DNA of 64,000 nt from Candidatus Ozemobacteraceae bacterium (GTDB lineage Bacteria > Muiribacteriota > Ozemobacteria > Ozemobacterales > Ozemobacteraceae): NCBI GenBank assembly GCA_965140445.1, contig OZ223236.1:4096001-4160000 (forward strand). The letters run 5' to 3'. The position numbers and the translations under genes are program-made. The notes below the pieces were generated by a model. It saw only the letters and a list, made by a program, of their open reading frames with translations. It did no database searches and was not told the origin of the DNA. This document shows positions 17,162 to 26,453 of the stretch, piece after piece. Position 1 is the stretch's first letter, and each line of letters starts with the position of its first letter.

Positions 17162-19750
17162 TTAATTGACAGCTTCTCTAACAAGTTCTTCGGCTTTTTT
17201 GAGCGCATCGTCAATTTTGGAAACATCTTTTCCGCCTGCAGTCGCCATGTCAGGTCTTCCACCGCCACCGCCACCAGCAACTTTAGCGATTTCCTTAATC
17301 AATTTCCCGGCATTTAATCCAAGCGGAATTAAATCTTTTGTAAGCTTAAGAACAAACCCAGCCTTTTCTCCGCCTGTTGCAAGAAGAATTAGAGATTTTT
17401 CCTTAGAAGCACCAATAATTTCGTCAGTTAAATCTTTCATTTCATCAACAGAGAGATCGTCTGTTCTTGCAAGCATAACATTTATGTCGCCAACTTTTAT
17501 TGCGCTTGATTTAATCTGATCAGCATGCCCGAGAGCTTGAGATTTTCTGGCTTTTTCAAGTTCTTTCTTTAATTCTTTTAGTTCTGACACAAGCTTTTCT
17601 GCTTTAACCTGAAGGCTGCCAGAATCACAATCAAGAATTTTAACCAGATTTCGTTCGCTATTTCTTAAATCATGCAGAACATCAAGGGCATGATCTCCGG
17701 TGAAAGCTTCAATTCTCCTTACTCCAGCTGCTATAGACGATTCAGAAACTATTGAAAACAAGCCTATTTCTGAAGCATTTTTCAAATGAGTTCCGCCACA
17801 AAGTTCCTTCGAATAGTCTCCCACTGAAACAACTCTGACACGATCACCATATTTTTCACCAAAAAGAGCCATTGCGCCAGTTTTAACAGCGTCATCATAG
17901 CTTTGACTTTCAACTTCAACTTTAAGGCATTCAAGAACCTTTTCATTTACTCTTTTTTCTATTTTGTCCAGAACATCTGCACCTAGAGATTCAAAATGAG
18001 TGAAATCAAATCTCAAACGATCAGGAGCAACGTGAGAACCAGCCTGCTTAACATGTTCTCCAACGAATTCCTGCAAAGCCTTGTGAAGCAAATGAGTTGC
18101 AGTGTGGTTTCTCATAATGGCTTGTCTATTTTTCTTGTCAACAAGCATTTGAACGGTATCGCCTTTATAAAATCTTTCTTTAGACTGCCAGCTGCCCATA
18201 TGAAGATAAACATCATCAATTTTTTCTGTTGTATTCACATTGAAAATAGCTTTTCCAGCTTTAATAATGCCTTTGTCGCCAACCTGTCCACCAGCTTCCG
18301 CATAAAACGGGCTTTGACTGACAACAACAAGATCTTTTCCCTTTTCAGAAACAACATCTAAAACCTTTGCTTCATCCTCGATTTTTTCATATCCAGTAAA
18401 ACAAGTTTTTTGATAATCTCCAGGATTAACGGCTGAAAAGTTTACAAAAGCAGAAACAACATTTGCTCTTCCGCGTTCTCGTTGTTTTTCTAACTCTTCA
18501 TTAAATTCTTTTTCATCAACCTGAAGATTTTCTTCCATACAAATTTCACGAGTCAGATCCAGGGGGAAGCCATAAGTGTCATGAAGAAGAAAAGCCTTTT
18601 CGCCAGGCAAAACAGTCTTTTTACTGTGTTTAACCTCTTCGAGGTATTCAGAAAGAATTTCACTTCCAGTTTTCAAGGTCTGAAGGAATCGCTCTTCTTC
18701 ATTTTTTATCAAGCGAATCACGTGATCTGAATTTTCTTTAACCTCAGGATATGCTTCCATTATGTCCCCAACAGTTGGAACAATTTTATGTAGAAAAGGC
18801 TTTTCTTGCCCAAGATAGCTAAATCCAAATCTTGAAGCCCTTCTCAGAATTTTTCTTAGAACATAGCCACGGCCTTCATTTCCGGGTAATCCTCCATCGG
18901 AAAGAGCAAAAGATAGAGCTCTTACATGGTCAGATACAACCTTCAAAGCAGTTCTTATTCTTTTTGATTCATTAAAAGAATGTCCTGTGATTTCTTCAGT
19001 CTTTTTAACAATTCCTGAAAACAAATCATTTTCAAAATTGTCTTTCTTACCCTGCATAATTGCAGCCAATCTTTCAAGGCCCATTCCGGTATCTATATTC
19101 TTTCTTTCCAGAGGTGTCAGAGTTCCGTCTTCTGCCCTGTCATATTGGGTAAACACTAGATTCCAGAATTCAAGGAATCGTGGGCAATCACAGCCAGGGG
19201 CACATTCTTTGCTTCCGCAGCCAATTTCTTCGCCTTGATCAATGTAGATTTCAGAACAAGGGCCAGAAGGACCAACTCCAATTGTCCAGAAATTGTCCTT
19301 GTCACCGAGCTTCACGATTCTGTTTGAAGCAACTTCAATATCTTTTTTCCAAATGTTATAAGCCTCATCATCACTGTGATGAACTGATACATAAAGCAAA
19401 TCTTTTGGCAGATTTAAATCTTTTGTTATAAATTCCCATGCCCAGGCAATTGCATCTTTCTTGAAATAATCTCCAAAGCTGAAGTTTCCAAGCATCTCAA
19501 AAAATGTGTGATGTCTGGCAGTGTATCCTACATTTTCAATATCAGTAGTTCTGAAACATTTTTGACACGAAGCCGCCCGGCTTAAATCCGTTTTAAGTCC
19601 CAAAAAATAGGGTTTAAAGGGTGCCATCCCAGCACTGACAAATAAAAGTGTTGGATCATCAAGAGGAATTAGTGGAGAAGATTTTTCGATTTTATGATCA
19701 TGTTGGCCAAAAAAGTCCAGAAACTTTTTTCTTATGGTAGCGGTTTTCAC
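17162..19750 (-). CDS. alaS: Alanine--tRNA ligase
   Basis: HHTFFEMLGNFSFGDYFK, IDTGMGLERL, NHTATHLL, ELCGGTH, GGGGGGRPDMA. GTG start. Confidence 0.99.
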   Translation of the reverse strand: MKTATIRKKFLDFFGQHDHKIEKSSPLIPLDDPTLLFVSAGMAPFKPYFLGLKTDLSRAASCQKCFRTTDIENVGYTARHHTFFEMLGNFSFGDYFKKDAIAWAWEFITKDLNLPKDLLYVSVHHSDDEAYNIWKKDIEVASNRIVKLGDKDNFWTIGVGPSGPCSEIYIDQGEEIGCGSKECAPGCDCPRFLEFWNLVFTQYDRAEDGTLTPLERKNIDTGMGLERLAAIMQGKKDNFENDLFSGIVKKTEEITGHSFNESKRIRTALKVVSDHVRALSFALSDGGLPGNEGRGYVLRKILRRASRFGFSYLGQEKPFLHKIVPTVGDIMEAYPEVKENSDHVIRLIKNEEERFLQTLKTGSEILSEYLEEVKHSKKTVLPGEKAFLLHDTYGFPLDLTREICMEENLQVDEKEFNEELEKQRERGRANVVSAFVNFSAVNPGDYQKTCFTGYEKIEDEAKVLDVVSEKGKDLVVVSQSPFYAEAGGQVGDKGIIKAGKAIFNVNTTEKIDDVYLHMGSWQSKERFYKGDTVQMLVDKKNRQAIMRNHTATHLLHKALQEFVGEHVKQAGSHVAPDRLRFDFTHFESLGADVLDKIEKRVNEKVLECLKVEVESQSYDDAVKTGAMALFGEKYGDRVRVVSVGDYSKELCGGTHLKNASEIGLFSIVSESSIAAGVRRIEAFTGDHALDVLHDLRNSERNLVKILDCDSGSLQVKAEKLVSELKELKKELEKARKSQALGHADQIKSSAIKVGDINVMLARTDDLSVDEMKDLTDEIIGASKEKSLILLATGGEKAGFVLKLTKDLIPLGLNAGKLIKEIAKVAGGGGGGRPDMATAGGKDVSKIDDALKKAEELVREAVN

Positions 19751-19796
19751 GTGAGTCTCCTTAGTCTTGTGTCATTTGGAATATTTCAGAATAGTA

Positions 19797-20510
19797 TTAT
19801 TCGTACTTTGAATTCAAAATTCTTGGATAAATTCTTGTTGTAAAGGTTCTTTGCTTTATTGATTTTTTCTGGGCATCAAACAATTCATGCATTGAAATTT
19901 GCACTTCAATACCTTTTATTTTGTTGATATCCTTCAACCCTCCAGGGGCGCCATTAGATGGATGATAATAGTGTGGTCTCAAATAATTTCTATACGCCGT
20001 CATCGTTTCTTCTGGATAACGATTTCTAAATATTGTCCCATCTGTTCCCCAGACTTTAAGATAATTTAACTGCTTAGTTATTATCGGCTTTTTTGCGTTT
20101 CCTTCTTCTTGTCTGTATATAATTTTGTCTTTACCTTTTACATCTGCGTGCTTTTCAGGTCCCTCATAAGAGTAGGTTATAGTTTTGAAGCCATTTCCGT
20201 CTTTTCTTGGAACCTCAATAACCAGATTAAACAAAAGGGCATTTTCTTCACTGAAAAGGCTATCTTTAAAAACTGTATCAATTGAAACAACTCTTGTCAT
20301 TTCTCTTAGATCTCTTTCAATAAGCATCAGAAAGTTTCTTGCCTCGTGCAAAGTGTCGAGAGATTGCTTCTGACGATCCAGGCTAACAAAGGTTCTATCC
20401 AGGAAAGTGTAACCGATAGAAATTACAATGCCAAAAATCAGCAATGAAATCATCACTTCAACAAGAGTAAAACCTTTTCTATTCTTTGATTTATTTAAGT
20501 TACTAGTCAT
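19797..20510 (-). CDS. Prepilin-type N-terminal cleavage/methylation domain protein (pseudopilin-like)
   Basis: KNRKG|FTLVEVMISLLIFG type III signal. Start moved to ATG 20510, which follows a gaaggga SD. Confidence 0.85.
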   Translation of the reverse strand: MTSNLNKSKNRKGFTLVEVMISLLIFGIVISIGYTFLDRTFVSLDRQKQSLDTLHEARNFLMLIERDLREMTRVVSIDTVFKDSLFSEENALLFNLVIEVPRKDGNGFKTITYSYEGPEKHADVKGKDKIIYRQEEGNAKKPIITKQLNYLKVWGTDGTIFRNRYPEETMTAYRNYLRPHYYHPSNGAPGGLKDINKIKGIEVQISMHELFDAQKKSIKQRTFTTRIYPRILNSKYE

Positions 20511-20526
20511 CTTTTTTCCCTTCAAC

Positions 20527-21090
20527 CTATGGCTTATTATTGAGCATTGAAGGGAAAGAAGCATTCAATCCCGCTCCCAATGTTTCATCGCCAAGAATTG
20601 TTACCAGCTCAAAGGATTTTTCATTGTCTTTTCTTCCCATGGCTTTCTCAATGAAGCGAACAATAACTCTGATTTTTATCCTACGCTTTTGCAACTCAAA
20701 ATCTGGTCTGGAAGGATCAGGATTCTCCTTAGGGTAAAAAGCAATTCTTGATTCTCTTGCATACTCAACCCCCGGCGAATTCCATGTTCCATTTACTTCA
20801 AGAGGCAATACCACTTCTTTAAAAGGGCCTTCTGCCGGGTCTGTTGCAGCGACTTCGATGATTTGACGCAATTCGTTGAATTGTCTGCTTTTCAATTCTT
20901 CTATTTTCTGCAAAGCCAGATTGCAGGCTACAACTTCATTAATGCTTTTATAAGTAACTTTTTCTGAAACTCCAAATAAAAGAATAATTGGCAGCATAAC
21001 AAGTGAAGCGACTGAAAGCGCCACAAGTATTTCAACGAGAGTTACCCCTCTTTTTTGAGCTTTTACAGGCATTTTTTTCAAATTTAACAA
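20527..21090 (-). CDS. Prepilin-type N-terminal cleavage/methylation domain protein (PilV/GspI-like)
   Basis: QKRG|VTLVEILVALSV, ALQKIEELK; SD ggaaggag. Confidence 0.85.
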   Translation of the reverse strand: MLNLKKMPVKAQKRGVTLVEILVALSVASLVMLPIILLFGVSEKVTYKSINEVVACNLALQKIEELKSRQFNELRQIIEVAATDPAEGPFKEVVLPLEVNGTWNSPGVEYARESRIAFYPKENPDPSRPDFELQKRRIKIRVIVRFIEKAMGRKDNEKSFELVTILGDETLGAGLNASFPSMLNNKP

Positions 21091-21161
21091 AACCAGTAAA
21101 CTCCTTCCTATATTCCGCCGATAGATTATTAAAATAAGATAATTCTCTTGAGGTAAAACAA

Positions 21162-21635
21162 ATGAAGGTCAATAAAAAGCATTTCGGACTCATTCTTGCT
21201 TCTCTGATGGCGCTTTCTTTCAACAGTCATTTCGCACAAGCTGCTAAAAAAACCACTGAGGCTTTTAGACCAGCCAAGGCTTTCGCCTTTAAAAAGGTTG
21301 GTAAGAGCTATGTCAGGCTTCCCGAAGTAAAGCCCGGATCTGTAATTGTTAAAAAGACTGGAGTCAGAATTGATCGCAAGAACCTTTATATTGGTGGTTA
21401 TGTTGTAAATACCACGGACAAAGAAATTAACTCGCTTAAAATCTTCCCAACTTTTGCGGAAAGCACTTTGAATCAAAGCAAACTTGTTAATCTTCTTAAT
21501 CATAGTATTAAAAACCTTCAACCTCACGAAACTCGCAGATTTGTAATTATGAGAAAGGTCTCTGAAGTTGGGCCACTTCTCTCTACCACAGTTCCTTTAA
21601 CTGAAAACTGCATCCTTAATTGCTACGAGATGTAG
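21162..21635 (+). CDS. Exported hypothetical protein
   Basis: Signal peptide ending AQA; SD gagg. Confidence 0.7.
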   Translation: MKVNKKHFGLILASLMALSFNSHFAQAAKKTTEAFRPAKAFAFKKVGKSYVRLPEVKPGSVIVKKTGVRIDRKNLYIGGYVVNTTDKEINSLKIFPTFAESTLNQSKLVNLLNHSIKNLQPHETRRFVIMRKVSEVGPLLSTTVPLTENCILNCYEM

Positions 21636-22368
21636 TTTTCATACTTTCAACTTGACCAATAGCTTCGTCCCACTCTGGCCCCTGACTTTCGGGGGCCTTT
21701 TTCTTCATTAACTTAAAGGCATTTATATAAGCTTCTTTAGCTTTATCTTTCATATTTTTTTTCTCATAGACCTTTGCCAAAGAATCAAAAGCAAAAATTA
21801 AAACATCCATATCTTTGCTGTCAGCCCCTCTTTTCATAAGCTTTTCTTCCAGGAGCCTTTCCAATTTCATAATGCCAAGATTGTCGGATGATTCCAGTGA
21901 AAGAATTGCATCCTTCAACTGCTGAGAAGTTCCACTGTTAAGTTTCTTTCTCTGCTCCATTCTTTCACGTGAAAATCTTTCAGCACTTTCCCTTGCCGCT
22001 TCAAACTTCTGAATAGCAAGAATTCGACGCTCTTCACGTAAATCTTTGGCTTCCACGTCTTTTCTAAGAACTTTTGAATCACTAGAGATGCCCATTTTAA
22101 CGAGCTCTTCTTTGGCTCGTTCACTGGTTGAGTTCTTACTTTTAAAGTATTTAGAGGGTTTCAGGAAAGAAAAAACACCTTCAGAGCTGCCCCCTGGCAT
22201 TCCTTCTGGATTGATAACGTTAGAACTGCTAAATGAATGATAAATAAACAAAGCAACGATTCCAACCGTAATCAAACCAGCCCCTACGATTTGCGGGCTT
22301 TTCCAAAGCGGCGGCAAAGGCTCTTTTTCTTTTTTCTTTTTTCTCGGCGGATACAGAGGTCGAACCAT
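21616..22368 (-). CDS. Single-pass membrane protein with coiled coil and C-terminal TPR-like helix pair
   Basis: TM IVGAGLITVGIVALFIY; AFDSLAKVYEKKNMKDKAKEAYINAF; SD aaggag. Confidence 0.75.
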   Translation of the reverse strand: MVRPLYPPRKKKKEKEPLPPLWKSPQIVGAGLITVGIVALFIYHSFSSSNVINPEGMPGGSSEGVFSFLKPSKYFKSKNSTSERAKEELVKMGISSDSKVLRKDVEAKDLREERRILAIQKFEAARESAERFSRERMEQRKKLNSGTSQQLKDAILSLESSDNLGIMKLERLLEEKLMKRGADSKDMDVLIFAFDSLAKVYEKKNMKDKAKEAYINAFKLMKKKAPESQGPEWDEAIGQVESMKTTSRSN

Positions 22369-22592
22369 TATCGACTCCTTAAAAGCGATTTACAACCTAA
22401 AGTAATGATTAATACTAAGGTTACTTGAGTCTTTGCAGTATACCAGAGCTCAGACAAGCTGTCTACTCTATAGAAGAATTAGTGGAAAACGTTGATTTCT
22501 TTACATAATCTGTTGCCAAGCTCTCCCATTCTGTGTTATTACTCAATGGTATGTATCTTAGATACTATAATTAGGATGCGGAGAGAGTTTTT

Positions 22593-23219
22593 TTGATCAA
22601 ATCTCAAGCCATTCAAGAAACTTATGACAAATTTAGTTCCTTTTATGATCTGATTTTTAAACCGTGCCTTGAAAAAGGAAGGCTTAGAGCCGTTGAATTA
22701 CTATTTCAAGAGCACTGTGATCAAACACTTGAAATTGGAATTGGAACAGGACTAAGTCTGGAAAGTTATCCCAGGGCAGCGAATTTAACGGCCTTTGATT
22801 ATTCACATGGAATGTTAAAAGCGTTAAAGAAAAAGCCCCGGGAACCTAATTGTTGTGATTTTGCCCTTCTTCAAATGGATGTTCAAAACATGGCGTTTCC
22901 AGACAATACTTTCGACAGTGTTTTAGCGGCTTATGTTTTAACTGTTGTAGAAAATCCAGAACGGGCTTTAGATGAAATTCTAAGGGTATCCAAGCCAGGA
23001 TCAAGAATTGTTATAATGAACTACCTACGTAGCCAAAATAGATTTGTAAGAATTTTAGAAGAATTTATAGATCCTCTGTTTACAGCCATGGGGCTTTTTT
23101 CGTTAGACAGAGATCTGATTAAACTCATTAAATCAAAGGGAGCAAAAAACCTTAAAATAGAACCAACTTCATGGTTAAACACTCATTTTATTATTTCTTT
23201 CACCACGCCGGGGAAATAG
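22593..23219 (+). CDS. Class I SAM methyltransferase (PmtA/phospholipid N-methyltransferase-like)
   Basis: LEIGIGTGLSL motif I; FPDNTFDSV; EILRVSKPG. Confidence 0.85.
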   Translation: MIKSQAIQETYDKFSSFYDLIFKPCLEKGRLRAVELLFQEHCDQTLEIGIGTGLSLESYPRAANLTAFDYSHGMLKALKKKPREPNCCDFALLQMDVQNMAFPDNTFDSVLAAYVLTVVENPERALDEILRVSKPGSRIVIMNYLRSQNRFVRILEEFIDPLFTAMGLFSLDRDLIKLIKSKGAKNLKIEPTSWLNTHFIISFTTPGK

Positions 23220-23338
23220 TTTTCTTATTCTTCCTCGTCAGGGAATAGCCTAACAAGCTAAAACAACAGTCGCAGAGTGATTGTTGAAATTTACGGAAAG
23301 TCTATTTTTGAATGACTTTCGTTTTATTGGAGAATTTT

Positions 23339-25366
23339 GTGGCAATAGAAAATAAAAATTCTAAATCGAAAACAGCTGATAGCAGCAAATCTTTGCCTGT
23401 TGATGTGCAAAGCATAAAAAATGGCTTAAAAGCCAATGTAAAAAAAATCACAGACCTACTTAAGAATCGCGTAGGAGCAGGTGATTGGAGCTTATGGGGA
23501 ACAGACTTTAAGCTGGATAAGGGAAAAGAAACAGTTGACCTTATTTTCCATGCCCCGGATGACAAGAAGGGAACCTACGTCTTAATTGATCTATCGGTTC
23601 CACATCTGCAAGTTGGGCAAAAATACGAGCTACCTGCAAAAGCAAAGCTTTTTCAGAAAGAGCAGAAAATAGCTCTAACCAGAATAAAAAAAGCTATTGT
23701 TCTGGTTAGAAAAGGTACCGAAACAATTGCAGCCAGACCATCCAGAATCCGATGTCCAATTTTAGAGCTACAGTTGGAACAGCTTCTACCTAAACCTCAG
23801 GAAAAAAAGCCCGCACCTCAGCCTTCTCAAAGAAATTCACAGGCACCTAATGCCCCCCGAGAAGAAAAGACGGCTAAAAAAAGTCCGTTTTCTGACGAAC
23901 TCCTTTTTGCATTAAAAGAAGCAATTGTTCATGAATGCCTTTCAACTATGCATAAAAGGCAGAACAAATACATTCGCAAAGGCTTGTGGAGATGGATTGA
24001 ACGGGAAATAATGGACCCCAACGTTCATTTTTATTTAATAATCCTGTCAAGTATCTATCAGGGCAAAACAGGTGAAACACTTAGTAGAAAATTTAAAACT
24101 GTTGAGTCTTTTTCCGAAAATCCTGAAGCAGTTATAAACATGCTATTCTCAAAGGAAACCAATCTGGCAGAGGAAATTAGACGAAGCGGGGATCGCCATA
24201 AAAAAGCCCTTAAAAAGTTCCTGGCCTGCTTTAGCCAAACCCCTCCTTTTGAATACCTTAAGTCTATTTTCCTAAAAGAATTCAGAACCACTGGCGACGG
24301 CCTCAAAGCAAGAATGGCGGTTTTCTCCACTCTTCATCAATTACTCGAAAGGTGCGGATTTGAAGGAGAAAAAGAGGTGCAATACCCTCTTGAAATTCTA
24401 GATGAGCTAAAAATATTCCAGGGCATTATGACCGGTAACTACATAGGCCTACGAATAGAAAATGCAGGCAAAAAGCTAAAACATTTATTGCCCCAGGTTG
24501 AATGGACTGAGAATGAAATTTATCAACTCAGAAATCAAATTGCAAAGGCTCTGAATTTGCCATCATTAGAATTCAACCTGAATGCTTTTCTTCCCCAGGC
24601 TTTCTTTCACGATGCAAAACACCTTGCAGAATCAAGAAAAGAAGCTGTTAGAAACGTTGATAAAAGACGTGAGCCGATTAGAGAACAGGCTAGAGAGCAA
24701 GTTAGAGAACAAACTAGAGAGAATCGGCCTTTAAGAGAAAAGGAAGCTCCTCAAAACTCTCGTAATAATCGTGACGAGCCACGCCGCCCACAACAAGAGC
24801 GACCAAATTCTCAGAAACCAGCTGAGCAGGCTCCTGCTCCAGTTCCAGGGAATCAGGCAAATGAAGCACCAATAAGCACCAGAGAAATTCAAAACAGAGA
24901 TCGTAGAAGATTTAACGATACAGATGAAGCATTTCACAGAAATTTTGAAAACTTTGGTGGGCATATAGAAGAAGATACAGATGCAATTCGCCTGGCAATT
25001 GCCATGGACAGATACGAGCAAGAGAGAGCCTACCGCGAAAAGAACAAAATTAAAGTAGTTAAAGAGGACTGGGAATTAATGGAGGACGCCGCTCCCCCAC
25101 TCAAAATTTCCAAGCCACAGATTGCTGCAAACACCGAAATGCCTAAGAAAAAACCTCTTAGAAGAACTAACAGCAGTAATTTTAATAGAAAATCAACCGC
25201 AAACGGTTCACCTTCGAAACCAGGTAATGGAACTTCGACTCCTTCCGGAGCACCTGGGCGTGCAAGAACTGGCTCTAATGACAAAAGACGCCGAAGTCCA
25301 AAATCTCCGAATTACAGACGACCAAGAAACCCAAATGGAAATCCTGGAAACTCTGAACGACAATAG
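23339..25366 (+). CDS. Large hypothetical protein: possible degenerate PD-(D/E)XK N-domain, helical core, disordered R/N/P-rich tail
   Basis: Long ORF; probable GTG start after ggag. Low-complexity basic C-terminus. Confidence 0.75.
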   Translation: MAIENKNSKSKTADSSKSLPVDVQSIKNGLKANVKKITDLLKNRVGAGDWSLWGTDFKLDKGKETVDLIFHAPDDKKGTYVLIDLSVPHLQVGQKYELPAKAKLFQKEQKIALTRIKKAIVLVRKGTETIAARPSRIRCPILELQLEQLLPKPQEKKPAPQPSQRNSQAPNAPREEKTAKKSPFSDELLFALKEAIVHECLSTMHKRQNKYIRKGLWRWIEREIMDPNVHFYLIILSSIYQGKTGETLSRKFKTVESFSENPEAVINMLFSKETNLAEEIRRSGDRHKKALKKFLACFSQTPPFEYLKSIFLKEFRTTGDGLKARMAVFSTLHQLLERCGFEGEKEVQYPLEILDELKIFQGIMTGNYIGLRIENAGKKLKHLLPQVEWTENEIYQLRNQIAKALNLPSLEFNLNAFLPQAFFHDAKHLAESRKEAVRNVDKRREPIREQAREQVREQTRENRPLREKEAPQNSRNNRDEPRRPQQERPNSQKPAEQAPAPVPGNQANEAPISTREIQNRDRRRFNDTDEAFHRNFENFGGHIEEDTDAIRLAIAMDRYEQERAYREKNKIKVVKEDWELMEDAAPPLKISKPQIAANTEMPKKKPLRRTNSSNFNRKSTANGSPSKPGNGTSTPSGAPGRARTGSNDKRRRSPKSPNYRRPRNPNGNPGNSERQ

Positions 25367-25376
25367 AAGGTAACTT

Positions 25377-25580
25377 ATGCCAAAGCATCTAATGTACAGA
25401 ATGATTTTTATCTTTAGCGTTATGTTTCCTGTATTGCTAATTGCAGAATACATGGGTAACAACACGCCACTGATAGCTGGAGTAGTTGGAGGCGTTTCAA
25501 GTGGAGTCTCTGTGATTCTTTTTCCAAGCCCAGAGCATCTGGAAAAACTTGAAGAAAGAAAAAGAAACTCCAAAGAATGA
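25377..25580 (+). CDS. Small two-TM membrane protein
   Basis: Two hydrophobic segments; stop overlaps the ruvC start (ATGA). Confidence 0.65.
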   Translation: MPKHLMYRMIFIFSVMFPVLLIAEYMGNNTPLIAGVVGGVSSGVSVILFPSPEHLEKLEERKRNSKE

Positions 25581-26059
25581 AATCAATTATTCTCGGCTTA
25601 GATCTAGCTGAAAAAACGGGGGCCAGCATTTTAAATGGTGCTGGCCGCCTTATTTTTAGCGACTCATGGCGTCTAGCTAAAAATAATCCGCAAGAACGAA
25701 TTCTGAATCTGAGCCTTTATCTTGAGGTAATGTTTGAGAAATTTTCTCCAACTGAAATAGCAGTTGAAGATGTTTTTCTTCCCTCGAAGACTTCCAGAAA
25801 AACTCCAATAGCACTTGGTGAACTAAGAGGTATTGCACGGCTTTTTGCTGCAACCCATAAAATCCCAATTGTTTTTTACCCTGCGAAAAAAGTAAAAATG
25901 GCAATAACTGGATGTGGTAATGCCAAAAAAGAAGATATAATTCGATGGATAGAAGAAGAGTTTAAAGTAAGAGTGAAAGACGATAACGAAGCAGATGCTA
26001 TTAGTATAGCCTACACACATTTTCTAACCAAAAAGTTTGAAAATCAAATCCCAAAGTAG
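25577..26059 (+). CDS. ruvC: Holliday junction resolvase RuvC
   Basis: ILGLD, IAVEDVF, LGELRG, KVKMAITGCGNAKKE, DDNEADAISIA. Confidence 0.88.
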   Translation: MKSIILGLDLAEKTGASILNGAGRLIFSDSWRLAKNNPQERILNLSLYLEVMFEKFSPTEIAVEDVFLPSKTSRKTPIALGELRGIARLFAATHKIPIVFYPAKKVKMAITGCGNAKKEDIIRWIEEEFKVRVKDDNEADAISIAYTHFLTKKFENQIPK

Positions 26060-26069
26060 GCATTTTTTA

Positions 26070-26098
26070 TTGCAAACCAAAGCGCATTGTGATATTTT
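26070..26098 (+). promoter_or_regulatory. Putative sigma70 promoter for the cold-shock gene
   Basis: TTGCAA-17 nt-TATTTT with extended -10 TGn. Confidence 0.45.
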
Positions 26099-26160
26099 TT
26101 GCTAGCAGTTTTATGCTGATGCACAAGTCAAAGCTTTAGTTACATTACGGAGAATTAAAA

Positions 26161-26364
26161 ATGATACAGAGTCGTGTAAAGTGGTTTGATAACGTTAAAG
26201 GTTATGGTTTTATTGAAAACGATGGCGGCGGACAAGATATTTTTGTCCACTATAAACAGATTGAAGGCGACGGATATAAAACTCTACGCGAAGGTCAGGA
26301 AGTGGCCTTTGAGATGGAGCAAGGTCCAAAAGGTCCGCTGGCAATTAACGTAAAAATTTCATAA
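26161..26364 (+). CDS. Cold-shock protein (CspA family)
   Basis: [13 protein letters not shown] (RNP1), DIFVHY (RNP2), GPKGP. Confidence 0.97.
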   Translation: MIQSRVKWFDNVKGYGFIENDGGGQDIFVHYKQIEGDGYKTLREGQEVAFEMEQGPKGPLAINVKIS

Positions 26365-26381
26365 TCTTAATTGGAAAACCT

Positions 26382-26425
26382 GGGGGCGATTACGGGCTTT
26401 ACCGTTTCGCCCCCTCTTGTATTTT
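26382..26425 (+). terminator. Hairpin/terminator after the csp gene
   Basis: GGGGCGA..ACGG-loop-CCGT..TCGCCCC followed by a T-rich tail. Confidence 0.55.
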
Positions 26426-26453
26426 AAGCATACTAGTCTTAATGAGGTAAAAA

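Noticed and set aside
25577..26059. RuvC as Cas12/TnpB or transposon nuclease
   Set aside because: 160-aa stand-alone canonical RuvC; no zinc finger, array or IS ends.
26057..26075. Sigma54 promoter (AGGCA...TTGC) before csp
   Set aside because: GG-GC spacing is 11 nt rather than the required 10; a sigma70 reading fits better.
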